From Armatimonadota bacterium (GTDB lineage: Bacteria > Sysuimicrobiota > Sysuimicrobiia > Sysuimicrobiales > Humicultoraceae): a stretch of 22,642 nt of DNA. The notes under the pieces are model-generated. The model was not told where the DNA came from and did not search any database. It worked only from the letters and a program-made list of their open reading frames with translations. Below are positions 1 through 7,957 of the stretch, one piece after another (the first letter of the stretch is position 1; every line of letters begins with the position of its first letter). The translations under genes were made by a program, and so were the position numbers. The DNA is taken from contig JBQTJP010000264.1 in the NCBI GenBank assembly GCA_052386995.1, positions 1 to 22,642 of the forward strand. The letters run 5' to 3'.

Positions 1-3000
1 CGCGGCGGTCGCGTCGGCGCGGTGGCGGGCGACCCTGTGCATCGGAACGTCTTCTACTTCGGCTCGACCGGTGGCGGCGTGTGGAAGACCGAGGATGGCG
101 GTCTCTTCTGGCAGAACGTCTCGGATCGGTACTTCAAACGCGCCTCCGTGGGCGCGATCGCCGTCGCCTCCGCGGACCCGAACGTCGTGTACGTCGGGAT
201 GGGCGAGTGCTGCATCCGCGGCAACGTCTCGCACGGCGACGGTGCGTACAAATCCACGGACGGCGGACGTACCTGGACGCACCTCGGCCTCGAGCGCACG
301 CGGAACATCGCAAAGCTGCGCGTGCACCCGCGCGACCCGAACCTCGTCTACGTCGCGGCGCTCGGACACGCGCACGGCCCGAACCCGGAGCGTGGCGTGT
401 ATCGCTCAAAGGACGGCGGGAAGACCTGGGAGCGCGTCCTCTTCCGGAGCGAGAAGGCAGGCGCGATCGACCTCTCCATGGACCCGAACAACCCGCGCGT
501 CCTCTACGCCGCCTTCTGGGAAACGGTGCGCCGACCGTGGGAGCTCGTGTCCGGCGGCCCAGGCAGCGGGATCTTCAAGTCGACGGATGGCGGCGACACC
601 TGGACCGAGATCACGCGCGCCAAGGGGCTACCCAAGGGCGTGCTGGGGAGGATCGGGGTCGCGGCCTCACCCGCGCGCGAGAACCGCGTGTACGCGATCG
701 TCGAGGCCGCCGACGGCGCCGTCTTCCGTTCCGACGACGGCGGTGTCTCGTGGGAGAAGCTGTCGCAGGACCGAAATTTACGCCAGCGCGCCTGGTATTA
801 CCACCACATTATCGCGGACCCGCAGGACGCAGACACGGTGTGGGTCCTCAACGTCGAAGCCTGGCGTTCCATCGACGCCGGGAAGACCTTCGAGCGCGTG
901 ACCATCCCGCACGGCGACCACCCCGACCTCTGGATCGACCCAAAGGATCACGACCGCATGATCAACGGCAACGACGGCGGGGGTACGGTGACCTTTAACG
1001 GCGGCAGGAGCTGGTCGACGATCTACAACCAGCCGACGTGCGAGTTCTACCACGTCACGACCGACACGCGCGTGCCTTATCGCGTCTACGGGGCGCAGCA
1101 GGACAACACCACCATCAGCGTGCCGAACCGCTCGACGCTCGCCTCGATCATGCGCGAGGACGCGATCGAGATCGGAGGCGGCGAGTCAGGATACATCGCG
1201 GTGCGGCCGGACGACCCCGACGTCATCTACGCCGGCTCGTACCTGGGCTTCCTCACCCGGTACGACCACCGCACGGGGCAGTCGCGGAACGTGATGGTCT
1301 GGCCCGACTGGACGATCGGCTGGGGCGCGAAGGACGCGAAATACCGTTTCCAGTGGACCTTCCCCGTCGTCATCTCGCCGCACGATCCGAACACGCTCTA
1401 CGCGTGCGGTAACCGTGTCTTTCGCTCCATGGATGAAGGCGCTTCCTGGCAGGCGATCAGCCCCGACCTCACGCGGAACGACGCCTCCAAGCTCGCGCCC
1501 TCCGGCGGCCCGGTAACCAAGGACAACACCGGCGCGGAGTACTACTGCACCATCTTCGCATTCGCCGAATCGTCACTGCAGCAGGGTTTGCTCTGGGCGG
1601 GTTCGGACGACGGGCTCGTGCACGTCTCGCGCGACGGCGGGAAGTCCTGGCGGAACGTCACCCCGAAAGGGCTCCCGGCCTGGGCGACGATCCGTATCAT
1701 CGAGCCCTCTCCGCACTCTCCGGGCACCTGCTACGTCGCCGCCGAGCGCTACAGGCACGATGATTTCCGCCCCTACTTCTTCAAGACCGACGACTATGGG
1801 CGCACCTGGACAAAGATCGTGAATGGGATCCCCGACGACGACTTCGCGCGTGTTATCCGTTGCGATCCCGAAAGGCGCGGCCTCCTCTACGCCGGGACGG
1901 AGACCGGCCTCTACGTGTCCTTCGCCGACGGCGCGCGCTGGCTGCGCTGGCAGGCGAACCTCCCGCACGTGCCGATCCATGATATGGTCGTGAAGGACTC
2001 CGATCTCGTGCTCGGGACGCACGGGCGGGGCTTCTGGCTCTTCGACGACCTCACCGTGCTTCGGGAATGGTCGTCCCAGATAGAGCGCGAACGCGCGCGC
2101 GTGTTCGCGCCGCGCCCGACGATCCACTTCCGTAGGAACCGCGGCTTCGGACACAAGCCGGTAAAGGGACAGAAGAACTACCGCTTCACTGCGGCGACGA
2201 TGCACACGGTCTGGCCCGTCGAGAAGGAGCCGACCGGCGAGATGATCGACATCGACCTCGACGGCGGCAAGAACCCACCCGACGGTGTCATGGTCACGTA
2301 CTGGCTCCGCGAGAAGCCCAAGAAGGAGGTGACGCTCGCGTTCCTCGACGCTCGCGGGCGCGAGGTCCGCACCTTCACCAGCAAGAAGAAGGATGAGACG
2401 CCCGATACGGGGACCGCGGTAGCGCCGGGCGAAGGCGCGCCGCCCGAGGCGTTGATGCCGCCGGGAATGGAGAAGGAGCCGGAGGAGAAGGAGCCGCGCG
2501 TGCCGAGAGAGGCGGGCCTCAACCGCTTCGTGTGGAATATGCGCTACCCGGACGCGCGCAAGCTCAAGGGCGACAAGTCCATGGAGGAATTTGAGCGCGC
2601 GCTCGCGGGTCCGCTCGCCGTGCCGGGGACGTACCGTGTGCGTCTGAAGCTACCGGATGGCGCGACATCGAGCGCATCGTTCGAGATCCGCAAGGACCCC
2701 CGCGCGCCGGCGACGCAGCAGGAACTCCAGGCGCAGTTCGACCTGCTGCTCGCCATCCGCGACAAGCTTACCGAGATGCACGAGGCCATCGACCGCATCC
2801 GCGAGATGCGCACGCAAGTTGGCGATACCGTGAAGCGGGTGAAGGCGCTTCGCTACCAGGGTGCACTCGGGGCCGGGTTGCGCCGGCTCACGCGGGCCGC
2901 CGAGACTTTGAAGAAGAAGCTCACCGCGATCGAGGACGAGCTCGTGCAGTTTCGCGCGCAAAGCCGCCAGGACACGCTGAATTACCCCATCAAACTCAAC

Positions 3001-3252
3001 GCGAAAGTGGGCATGCTCGTTGGCGTCGTCGGGTCTGCGGACGCCGCGCCGACAAAGCAGTCTGCCGAAGTGTTCGCATACCTCTCGCGGCGCATCGACG
3101 AGCAGCTCAGAGGCCTACGCCGGCTCGACGACACCGGCATCAAAGAATTCAACCGGCTCGCCCGCCAGGCCAGTCTGCCCGCTATCGTCGGCGCAGTGAA
3201 ATCGCCGGCACCCCGTCGCCGCAGGCTCGCTGCGGCAGCGGCACACAGGTAG
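1..3252 (+). CDS. VPS10/BNR (Asp-box) repeat beta-propeller protein, often annotated 'glycosyl hydrolase'; 5' end lies before the window
   Basis: Frame is open from base 1 (RGGRVGAVAGDP...). Many Asp-box repeats (KTEDGG, KSTDGG.TW, RSKDGG.TW, RSDDGG.SW, SRDGG.SW), plus GNDGG, GAQQDN, GGGESG and GTHGRG motifs and a helical C-terminus typical of this family. Confidence 0.9.
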   Translation, partial: RGGRVGAVAGDPVHRNVFYFGSTGGGVWKTEDGGLFWQNVSDRYFKRASVGAIAVASADPNVVYVGMGECCIRGNVSHGDGAYKSTDGGRTWTHLGLERTRNIAKLRVHPRDPNLVYVAALGHAHGPNPERGVYRSKDGGKTWERVLFRSEKAGAIDLSMDPNNPRVLYAAFWETVRRPWELVSGGPGSGIFKSTDGGDTWTEITRAKGLPKGVLGRIGVAASPARENRVYAIVEAADGAVFRSDDGGVSWEKLSQDRNLRQRAWYYHHIIADPQDADTVWVLNVEAWRSIDAGKTFERVTIPHGDHPDLWIDPKDHDRMINGNDGGGTVTFNGGRSWSTIYNQPTCEFYHVTTDTRVPYRVYGAQQDNTTISVPNRSTLASIMREDAIEIGGGESGYIAVRPDDPDVIYAGSYLGFLTRYDHRTGQSRNVMVWPDWTIGWGAKDAKYRFQWTFPVVISPHDPNTLYACGNRVFRSMDEGASWQAISPDLTRNDASKLAPSGGPVTKDNTGAEYYCTIFAFAESSLQQGLLWAGSDDGLVHVSRDGGKSWRNVTPKGLPAWATIRIIEPSPHSPGTCYVAAERYRHDDFRPYFFKTDDYGRTWTKIVNGIPDDDFARVIRCDPERRGLLYAGTETGLYVSFADGARWLRWQANLPHVPIHDMVVKDSDLVLGTHGRGFWLFDDLTVLREWSSQIERERARVFAPRPTIHFRRNRGFGHKPVKGQKNYRFTAATMHTVWPVEKEPTGEMIDIDLDGGKNPPDGVMVTYWLREKPKKEVTLAFLDARGREVRTFTSKKKDETPDTGTAVAPGEGAPPEALMPPGMEKEPEEKEPRVPREAGLNRFVWNMRYPDARKLKGDKSMEEFERALAGPLAVPGTYRVRLKLPDGATSSASFEIRKDPRAPATQQELQAQFDLLLAIRDKLTEMHEAIDRIREMRTQVGDTVKRVKALRYQGALGAGLRRLTRAAETLKKKLTAIEDELVQFRAQSRQDTLNYPIKLNAKVGMLVGVVGSADAAPTKQSAEVFAYLSRRIDEQLRGLRRLDDTGIKEFNRLARQASLPAIVGAVKSPAPRRRRLAAAAAHR

Positions 3253-3277
3253 GCAGAACACGACTCAAGGAGGCGGT

Positions 3278-3460
3278 ATGACACGGCTCGCAGCGCTACT
3301 GAACGTGACGACCGCGATCGACGCGACGACGCTCGCGGGGTCACTGCTCATCGCCGAGTTCTTCTACAAGTTCCACTCCTTCACACTGGAAGCTCTGGCC
3401 TTCCTCGCGACCTGGTATGCGCTGCGCCGCGTCGCGCGATTCCTCGCACGCGTCTCCTAG
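3278..3460 (+). CDS. small hydrophobic hypothetical protein (60 aa)
   Basis: Strong RBS (AAGGAGG) just upstream of the ATG, 25 nt after the upstream stop. GC3-rich codons. Two hydrophobic stretches around FYKFHSFTLE. Confidence 0.7.
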   Translation: MTRLAALLNVTTAIDATTLAGSLLIAEFFYKFHSFTLEALAFLATWYALRRVARFLARVS

Positions 3461-3469
3461 ACACGGTCT

Positions 3470-3676
3470 ATGCTCACGTGCTCCACGGGCGGCACGGACC
3501 CTTTAGAGCGCATCAACTATTTCATCATCATCTACCAGGAGAACTGGTCATTCGACGCACTCTATGGGAAGTTCCCGGGGGCCAACGGGTTGGCCAATGC
3601 TGACCCGGTCACCATCCGGCAGGTGGATAGAAACGATGTGCCGTACATGACGTTGCCGCAGCCAATCGACCGCCGG
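3470..3676 (+). pseudogene. N-terminal fragment of a phosphoesterase (AcpA/phospholipase C family)
   Basis: INYFIIIYQENWSFDALYGKFPGANG matches the family motif (I.hvvvi..EN.SFD.lyG.fPGa.G). Similarity ends near LPQPID, after which the frame runs into a GYD relic and antisense VOC sequence. Confidence 0.75.
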
Positions 3677-3728
3677 TTCTTCGCTGCCTGGTCGATCTCT
3701 CAGGAGTCAGCAGCACCGTGGTCCTGGC
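3677..3728 (-). repeat. relic copy of the 3' part of the GYD gene (imperfect direct repeat of 5076-5128)
   Basis: tcaggagtcagcagcaccgtggtcctggc is identical at 3700-3728 and 5100-5128. The adjacent ~23 nt match with 3 substitutions and a 1-nt indel. Confidence 0.9.
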
Positions 3729-3782
3729 ATAGATATCAAGCCAGCGCTTCCAGAATCCGTGGACGCCAGAGGTCGAGGGAAC

Positions 3783-4178
3783 TCATGCGGCGGCTGACAC
3801 GACTTTCCAGAGATAGCCGTCCGGATCAGCGAAGTAGCCGAAGTATCCACCCCACTGTGCGCGTTGCGCTGGCTTGGCAATCTTGCCGCCAGCGCGTTTG
3901 GCTTGGGCCAACACTTCATCGACGCGACCTTGGGAGGGGACGATGTAGTTGAGGGTCATGCCACGAAAACCGCTGCCGTCTGCAGCTACGCCAGCGTCGG
4001 CGGCAAGCGCATCCCATGGGTAGAGCGCCAGCGCGGACGAGCCACTGCCGAGATTGAGGGAAACAAACCCTCCCTGATCCTGCCCGATCGGGCAGCCAAG
4101 ACCTTCGCTGTAGAACTGTTTCGCTCTGTTCAGATCCCTGACCCCGAGCGTGACGGCGCTGATCTGCGGATTCATCAT
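3783..4178 (-). CDS. VOC/glyoxalase family protein
   Basis: ISAVTLGVRDLNRAKQFY and WGGYFGYFADPDGYLW motifs. AAGGAGG RBS precedes the ATG at 4178. Confidence 0.9.
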   Translation of the reverse strand: MMNPQISAVTLGVRDLNRAKQFYSEGLGCPIGQDQGGFVSLNLGSGSSALALYPWDALAADAGVAADGSGFRGMTLNYIVPSQGRVDEVLAQAKRAGGKIAKPAQRAQWGGYFGYFADPDGYLWKVVSAAA

Positions 4179-4267
4179 TATGCCTCCTTGTCCCATCGGC
4201 TTGGTTTCGTTTGTACTCCTATGACGGAACGCGACGAGGCAATGTGACGCAAGATGGGTCAAAACGC

Positions 4268-4774
4268 TCATCGCCACCCCATACGCACCCAGGAGAGGGC
4301 TTTGCTGTTCTCGACGCTCGCGTCGACCCTGCGCAGGTAGGCACTCAGCGCGCCCGTGTGATGCTGGATGTGTCGCAGATTGTACAAATGCAATTCACCG
4401 CGCGAAAACGAAAACCGGGAGAATCCCGACGGTGCCGCGAGGGATTCGGCCGTCTCTGCCGCGAGTGTTTCAACCAACTTTCGACGACAGATCTCCACAT
4501 ATGAGAGCGTTTCATCTCTGGACAGACCGGGAGAGCTCGTCGTGATCCGATCGTCACCGCCACGATGATTCACGTCCCGAAGCTCGAATGCATGTTCACC
4601 GGGCGAGAGATAATAGTCAACCCAGAACAGCGTGTGGTAGGCGATCGTACGGAACGTGTCGTTGGCGATTTTGCCTTCGTAGTGCTGAGGCGGACACGCT
4701 TCGACGCACTGCTTCAGCATGGCGAGCGCCGCCTCGAACTGGCTGGTAAGAATCTTCTGAAAGTGGTCGGTCAT
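4268..4774 (-). CDS. DinB family protein
   Basis: IAYHTLFWVDYY and YNLRHIQHHTGAL His motifs of the DinB/YfiT four-helix metal-binding fold. ATG at 4774 follows GGGGG. Confidence 0.85.
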   Translation of the reverse strand: MTDHFQKILTSQFEAALAMLKQCVEACPPQHYEGKIANDTFRTIAYHTLFWVDYYLSPGEHAFELRDVNHRGGDDRITTSSPGLSRDETLSYVEICRRKLVETLAAETAESLAAPSGFSRFSFSRGELHLYNLRHIQHHTGALSAYLRRVDASVENSKALSWVRMGWR

Positions 4775-4859
4775 GATCGCCCCCCGGACTTTTCTCGAAG
4801 ATCGAGGCGGCAAAGCAGAATCATTTCATCCGTTCGGAAAGCCACGGAGCGTACCACAA

Positions 4860-4935
4860 TGGTGGGCCCTGAGGGACTCGAACCCCCGACGCGCGGGTTA
4901 AAAGCCCGCCGCTCTGCCTGCTGAGCTAAGGGCCC
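4860..4935 (-). tRNA. tRNA-Lys(UUU)
   Basis: Reverse complement GGGCCCTTAGCTCAGCAGGCAGAGCGGCGGGCTTTTAACCCGCGCGTCGGGGGTTCGAGTCCCTCAGGGCCCACCA: 76 nt, full cloverleaf, anticodon loop CTTTTAA, TTCGA T-loop, encoded CCA. Confidence 0.97.
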
Positions 4936-4965
4936 GCAAACGTGCTGTGGACTATCCAACTTGTA

Positions 4966-4974
4966 AGTATAACA
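4966..4974 (-). promoter_or_regulatory. extended -10 promoter for tRNA-Lys
   Basis: TGtTATACT on the minus strand, about 30 nt upstream of the tRNA 5' end. Confidence 0.65.
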
Positions 4975-4984
4975 TCGCACTGCC

Positions 4985-5019
4985 CGGGAGGGATCCGTGT
5001 TCGACCGGGATCCCTCCCG
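4985..5019. terminator. 12-bp inverted repeat downstream of the GYD gene
   Basis: cgggagggatcc (4985-4996) pairs with ggatccctcccg (5008-5019). No clear U-tract. Confidence 0.55.
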
Positions 5020-5035
5020 AAGAGTCGCCGTCGCT

Positions 5036-5365
5036 CTAAGATCCACCCGCGCCAGGGGGTGTGTACTTCACCGTCTTTTTCGCCGCCTGGTCAATCTCTT
5101 CAGGAGTCAGCAGCACCGTGGTCCTGGCGGTGAATGCTCCGCTGGAGGCGAGCGTCAAAGACAAGGCCGCGAGGGTGACGTTATCAGGTACGTCGGCGAT
5201 ACCCACGACGTCGTCCTTGCCGAACGCAAAGTAGAACGCCTCCAGCTTTCCTCCCAGACTCTGTATCGCCTGCTGCGCCACGGCCCGTCGCTTCGAGCCG
5301 CCGTCCTTCACAAGACCCCTCACGCCTTCCAGCGTGTATGACCCTTGAAAGAGATACTTCGGCAT
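5036..5365 (-). CDS. GYD domain-containing protein
   Basis: MPKYLFQGSYT.EG..GL, GGKLEAFYFAFGKDDVV and TTVLLTPEEID.A pattern. GGGGGTG RBS-like site. Confidence 0.9.
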   Translation of the reverse strand: MPKYLFQGSYTLEGVRGLVKDGGSKRRAVAQQAIQSLGGKLEAFYFAFGKDDVVGIADVPDNVTLAALSLTLASSGAFTARTTVLLTPEEIDQAAKKTVKYTPPGAGGS

Positions 5366-5398
5366 ATGTCACCCCCAGCTGGAGTTTTGAGCCTTCCC

Positions 5399-6475
5399 TT
5401 ACTCCGACGCGTGCGCCGGTCGCCACCACGCCAGGATCTCCCGCACGATCACGACAACCGGAACCGCAAAGAACATCCCGAGCAATCCGAACAGCTCCCC
5501 CAGCACCAGCAGCGCGACGATGATGGCCAGCGGATGGGTCTGCGTCATCCGGCCGAGAACCAGCGGGACCAGGACGTTGGCGAGCACTTTGACAACCGTT
5601 ACGACAATCACGGCCCCGATCCACACCCTGCCGCCCGCGGGCGCCGCGACGAGCAGCGCCACTCCATACGTGGCGAAGCCACCCACGTAAGGAATGGCCT
5701 CGGCGACGCCGGCAAAGACGCCGATCGCCAGTGGGCCGGGAACGCCGACGGCCGCCAACCCTATCGCGGTCAGCGCTGCCACGATTGAACTGACGACGAC
5801 CTGCGCCCACAGGCCCCACCGCAGCGTGGTCGAGAGGCGGGCCAGGAGGCCTTCCATGCGCTGACGGGCCGGGCGGGAGAGCATGGCAAGGGCCGATTCC
5901 CGCATGTTCCTGTAGTCCACCAGCACGAAATACACCATGAATGGCAGAAGCAGCACTAGATAAAGCTGTCCAAACCAGCTGACCGTCACGTTGACCAGGC
6001 CGGCAAGCGCCGCATTCGCGGTGGCCACGGCGGCCTCGCCGGCACGCTCCCACGCCGTGCGCAGGAATTGTGGAAAGGTGGGTTCGGCAACGCGCGTCTG
6101 CCAGTGAGACAGAAATTCGGAGACCGCGGAAAACCCGGGCGGAACCATGCGAATCAAGACCTGCACCTGCTGCACGATCCACGGGACGACGGCGATCAGG
6201 CCGAGGATGAACACTCCGAACACCGTCAGCAGCGTGAGCGCTGCGGCACCCGCGCGCGAAATGCGCCATCGCCGCTCGAGCCAGTCGGTCATCGGAAATA
6301 TCGGGAAGGTCACGATGCCGACGACGATCGCCATGACGACGAGCGTGCTCAGGCGCGACAGCACCCAGGCCGCGGCGATGAGCACGGCCGCCCACAGCAC
6401 ATAGCGCAGCCACTGGCGTTCCCCAGAGCTCACGCCCACGATCTTCCGCGTAGTGCGCTGGTTTTCCCCTATCAT
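5399..6475 (-). CDS. AI-2E family transporter (start uncertain)
   Basis: Multiple TM helices. EAIPYVG and HPLAIIVALLVLGELFGLLGMFFAVP motifs. Confidence 0.9.
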   Translation of the reverse strand: MIGENQRTTRKIVGVSSGERQWLRYVLWAAVLIAAAWVLSRLSTLVVMAIVVGIVTFPIFPMTDWLERRWRISRAGAAALTLLTVFGVFILGLIAVVPWIVQQVQVLIRMVPPGFSAVSEFLSHWQTRVAEPTFPQFLRTAWERAGEAAVATANAALAGLVNVTVSWFGQLYLVLLLPFMVYFVLVDYRNMRESALAMLSRPARQRMEGLLARLSTTLRWGLWAQVVVSSIVAALTAIGLAAVGVPGPLAIGVFAGVAEAIPYVGGFATYGVALLVAAPAGGRVWIGAVIVVTVVKVLANVLVPLVLGRMTQTHPLAIIVALLVLGELFGLLGMFFAVPVVVIVREILAWWRPAHASE

Positions 6476-6479
6476 GGTA

Positions 6480-6488
6480 TGCTATCAT
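6480..6488 (+). promoter_or_regulatory. extended -10 promoter (TGcTATCAT), overlapping an opposite-strand TGaTAGCAT
   Basis: AT-rich quasi-palindrome atggtatgctatcatg between divergent genes. Confidence 0.5.
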
Positions 6489-6505
6489 GTGGCCAAGTGA
6501 TCACC

Positions 6506-6610
6506 ATGCATGATCTGCCGACACTGCTCGCGCTGTCAGTCCGACGCCCTCGGAACTGCATCTGTCCCCGGGCGGAGGCCGTTGTGCCTTCGCCTTTCCG
6601 TCCGGCTTAG
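6506..6610 (+). CDS. possible leader peptide MHDLPTLLALSVRRPRNCICPRAEAVVPSPFRPA
   Basis: Starts just after the predicted promoter (in-frame GTG at 6497). Contains CxC. The stop codon lies in a hairpin loop. No RBS. Confidence 0.3.
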   Translation: MHDLPTLLALSVRRPRNCICPRAEAVVPSPFRPA

Positions 6611-6691
6611 CCCGGACCCTCACACTCGATAACTGAGCCTGCTGCGACCGGCGCCCGCGCCGGGTTCGTGGCCCATGGAGGGACAGATCGC

Positions 6692-7723
6692 ATGAATGCT
6701 GCATCGCCACGCCTGGGAGTGCTGTACGAACACCCGGAATGGTTCGGCCCGTTGTTTGCGGAGCTCGATCGCCGGGGGATTGGGTATGACCGAATTCTGG
6801 CGACCGACCTGAACTTCGACCCGGCGCAGCGTCCGGCCTACGCGCTGGTGCTGAACCGAATGAGTCCCTCAGCGTACGTGCGCGGCCACGGACACGCGAT
6901 CTTCGCGTCGCTGGCCTACCTGAGGCACCTGCAGATCACCGGCGTCCCGGTCGTCAACGGCGCGGACGCCTTCGCGCTGGAACTGTCCAAGACGGCACAG
7001 ATCAGCCTGCTGTCCCGGCTGGGGTTACCTTTTCCGCGCACGCGGGTGATCAATACGCCTCGGCAGGCGAGCGATGCGGCGGGCCACCTGATCTTCCCGA
7101 TCCTGGTGAAGCCGAACATCGGCGGCAGCGGCGCGAAGATTCAGCGGTTCGAAAGCCCGGCCGCGATCGATGCGGCGTTCGCGGCGGGGGCAATCGATCT
7201 GGGGATCGACGACACCGCGCTGGTGCAAGAATATCACGCGCCGGTCGGCGGCGCGATCGTCCGCGTGGAGGTGCTGGGCGGTCAGTTCCTGTACGCGATC
7301 AAGGTCTTCCCCAACCCGTCCGCGGGCTTCAACCTGTGCCCGGCCGACATCTGTCAGACCGATGGCACCGTTGATGTGCCGCCGGTTGTGTCGGTGCCCG
7401 AGCGCGCGGCGGTGACATCCGGGGCCTTTCCGGTCGATCTGTGCCCCGTTGATCTTCCGAAGACAAATCTGAGGGTGGAAGGCTACACGCCGCCCCAAGA
7501 GATCATCGATGAAGTGCTGCGCATCGCGCGGGCCGCAAAGATCGACGTCGGTGGCATTGAGTACCTGGTCAGCGAGCGTGACGGGCGCCGGTACTTCTAC
7601 GACATCAACGTCCTATCAAACTTCGTGACCGACGCGCCGCGGGTCGTGGGATTCGATCCAGTGCCGGTGTTCGTGGACTACTTAATGAAGCGGGCAGGCG
7701 CAGAAGCCGCTCTCGCCCGTTGA
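6692..7723 (+). CDS. ATP-grasp (RimK/glutathione-synthetase-like) protein
   Basis: FPILVKPNIGGSGA, LVQEY, GGIEYL and YDINVLSNF ATP-grasp motifs. GGAGG RBS upstream of the ATG at 6692. Confidence 0.88.
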   Translation: MNAASPRLGVLYEHPEWFGPLFAELDRRGIGYDRILATDLNFDPAQRPAYALVLNRMSPSAYVRGHGHAIFASLAYLRHLQITGVPVVNGADAFALELSKTAQISLLSRLGLPFPRTRVINTPRQASDAAGHLIFPILVKPNIGGSGAKIQRFESPAAIDAAFAAGAIDLGIDDTALVQEYHAPVGGAIVRVEVLGGQFLYAIKVFPNPSAGFNLCPADICQTDGTVDVPPVVSVPERAAVTSGAFPVDLCPVDLPKTNLRVEGYTPPQEIIDEVLRIARAAKIDVGGIEYLVSERDGRRYFYDINVLSNFVTDAPRVVGFDPVPVFVDYLMKRAGAEAALAR

Positions 7724-7752
7724 CGATGACGCCGGCGGCCGGGGTCGGGTCT

Positions 7753-7860
7753 CTAGGCCCCCCAGACTAGACGGGCCACCTCGACCGCCAGGCGCAACTT
7801 CTCCTCCTGCACGTCCGGACTGATCGCGTTCCCGCGTGCCACCGATGCGAAGCCACACTC
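7753..7860 (-). pseudogene. C-terminal relic of a cobalamin-independent methionine synthase II family gene
   Basis: Translates to ECGFASVARGNAISPDVQEEKLRLAVEVARLVWGA*, matching the family C-terminus (CGFAS...GN.......KL.lvvevA..VWG). An in-frame TAG lies near 7891-7893 upstream. Confidence 0.8.
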
Positions 7861-7957
7861 CTCCAATGCCGTTGCTGGGGTGGTGCGTGTCTATTGATTC
7901 CACACGGGGGGCAAGAGTACATTCGGACTGCGACACATCCCACTCATGAGGTGCGCG

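Noticed and set aside
3677..5128. CRISPR array or classical attL/attR pair
   Set aside because: Only two copies 1.4 kb apart, derived from coding sequence, with no cas or integrase gene in the window.
6510..6660. SAM-I riboswitch
   Set aside because: TTATCGAG occurs only on the minus strand, and the GAGGGA/GGCCC/GCAACC core is absent.
6506..7723. Graspetide RiPP cluster (sORF plus ATP-grasp ligase)
   Set aside because: The sORF has no recognisable leader or T/S/K...D/E core repeats, and no dedicated peptidase or transporter is adjacent.
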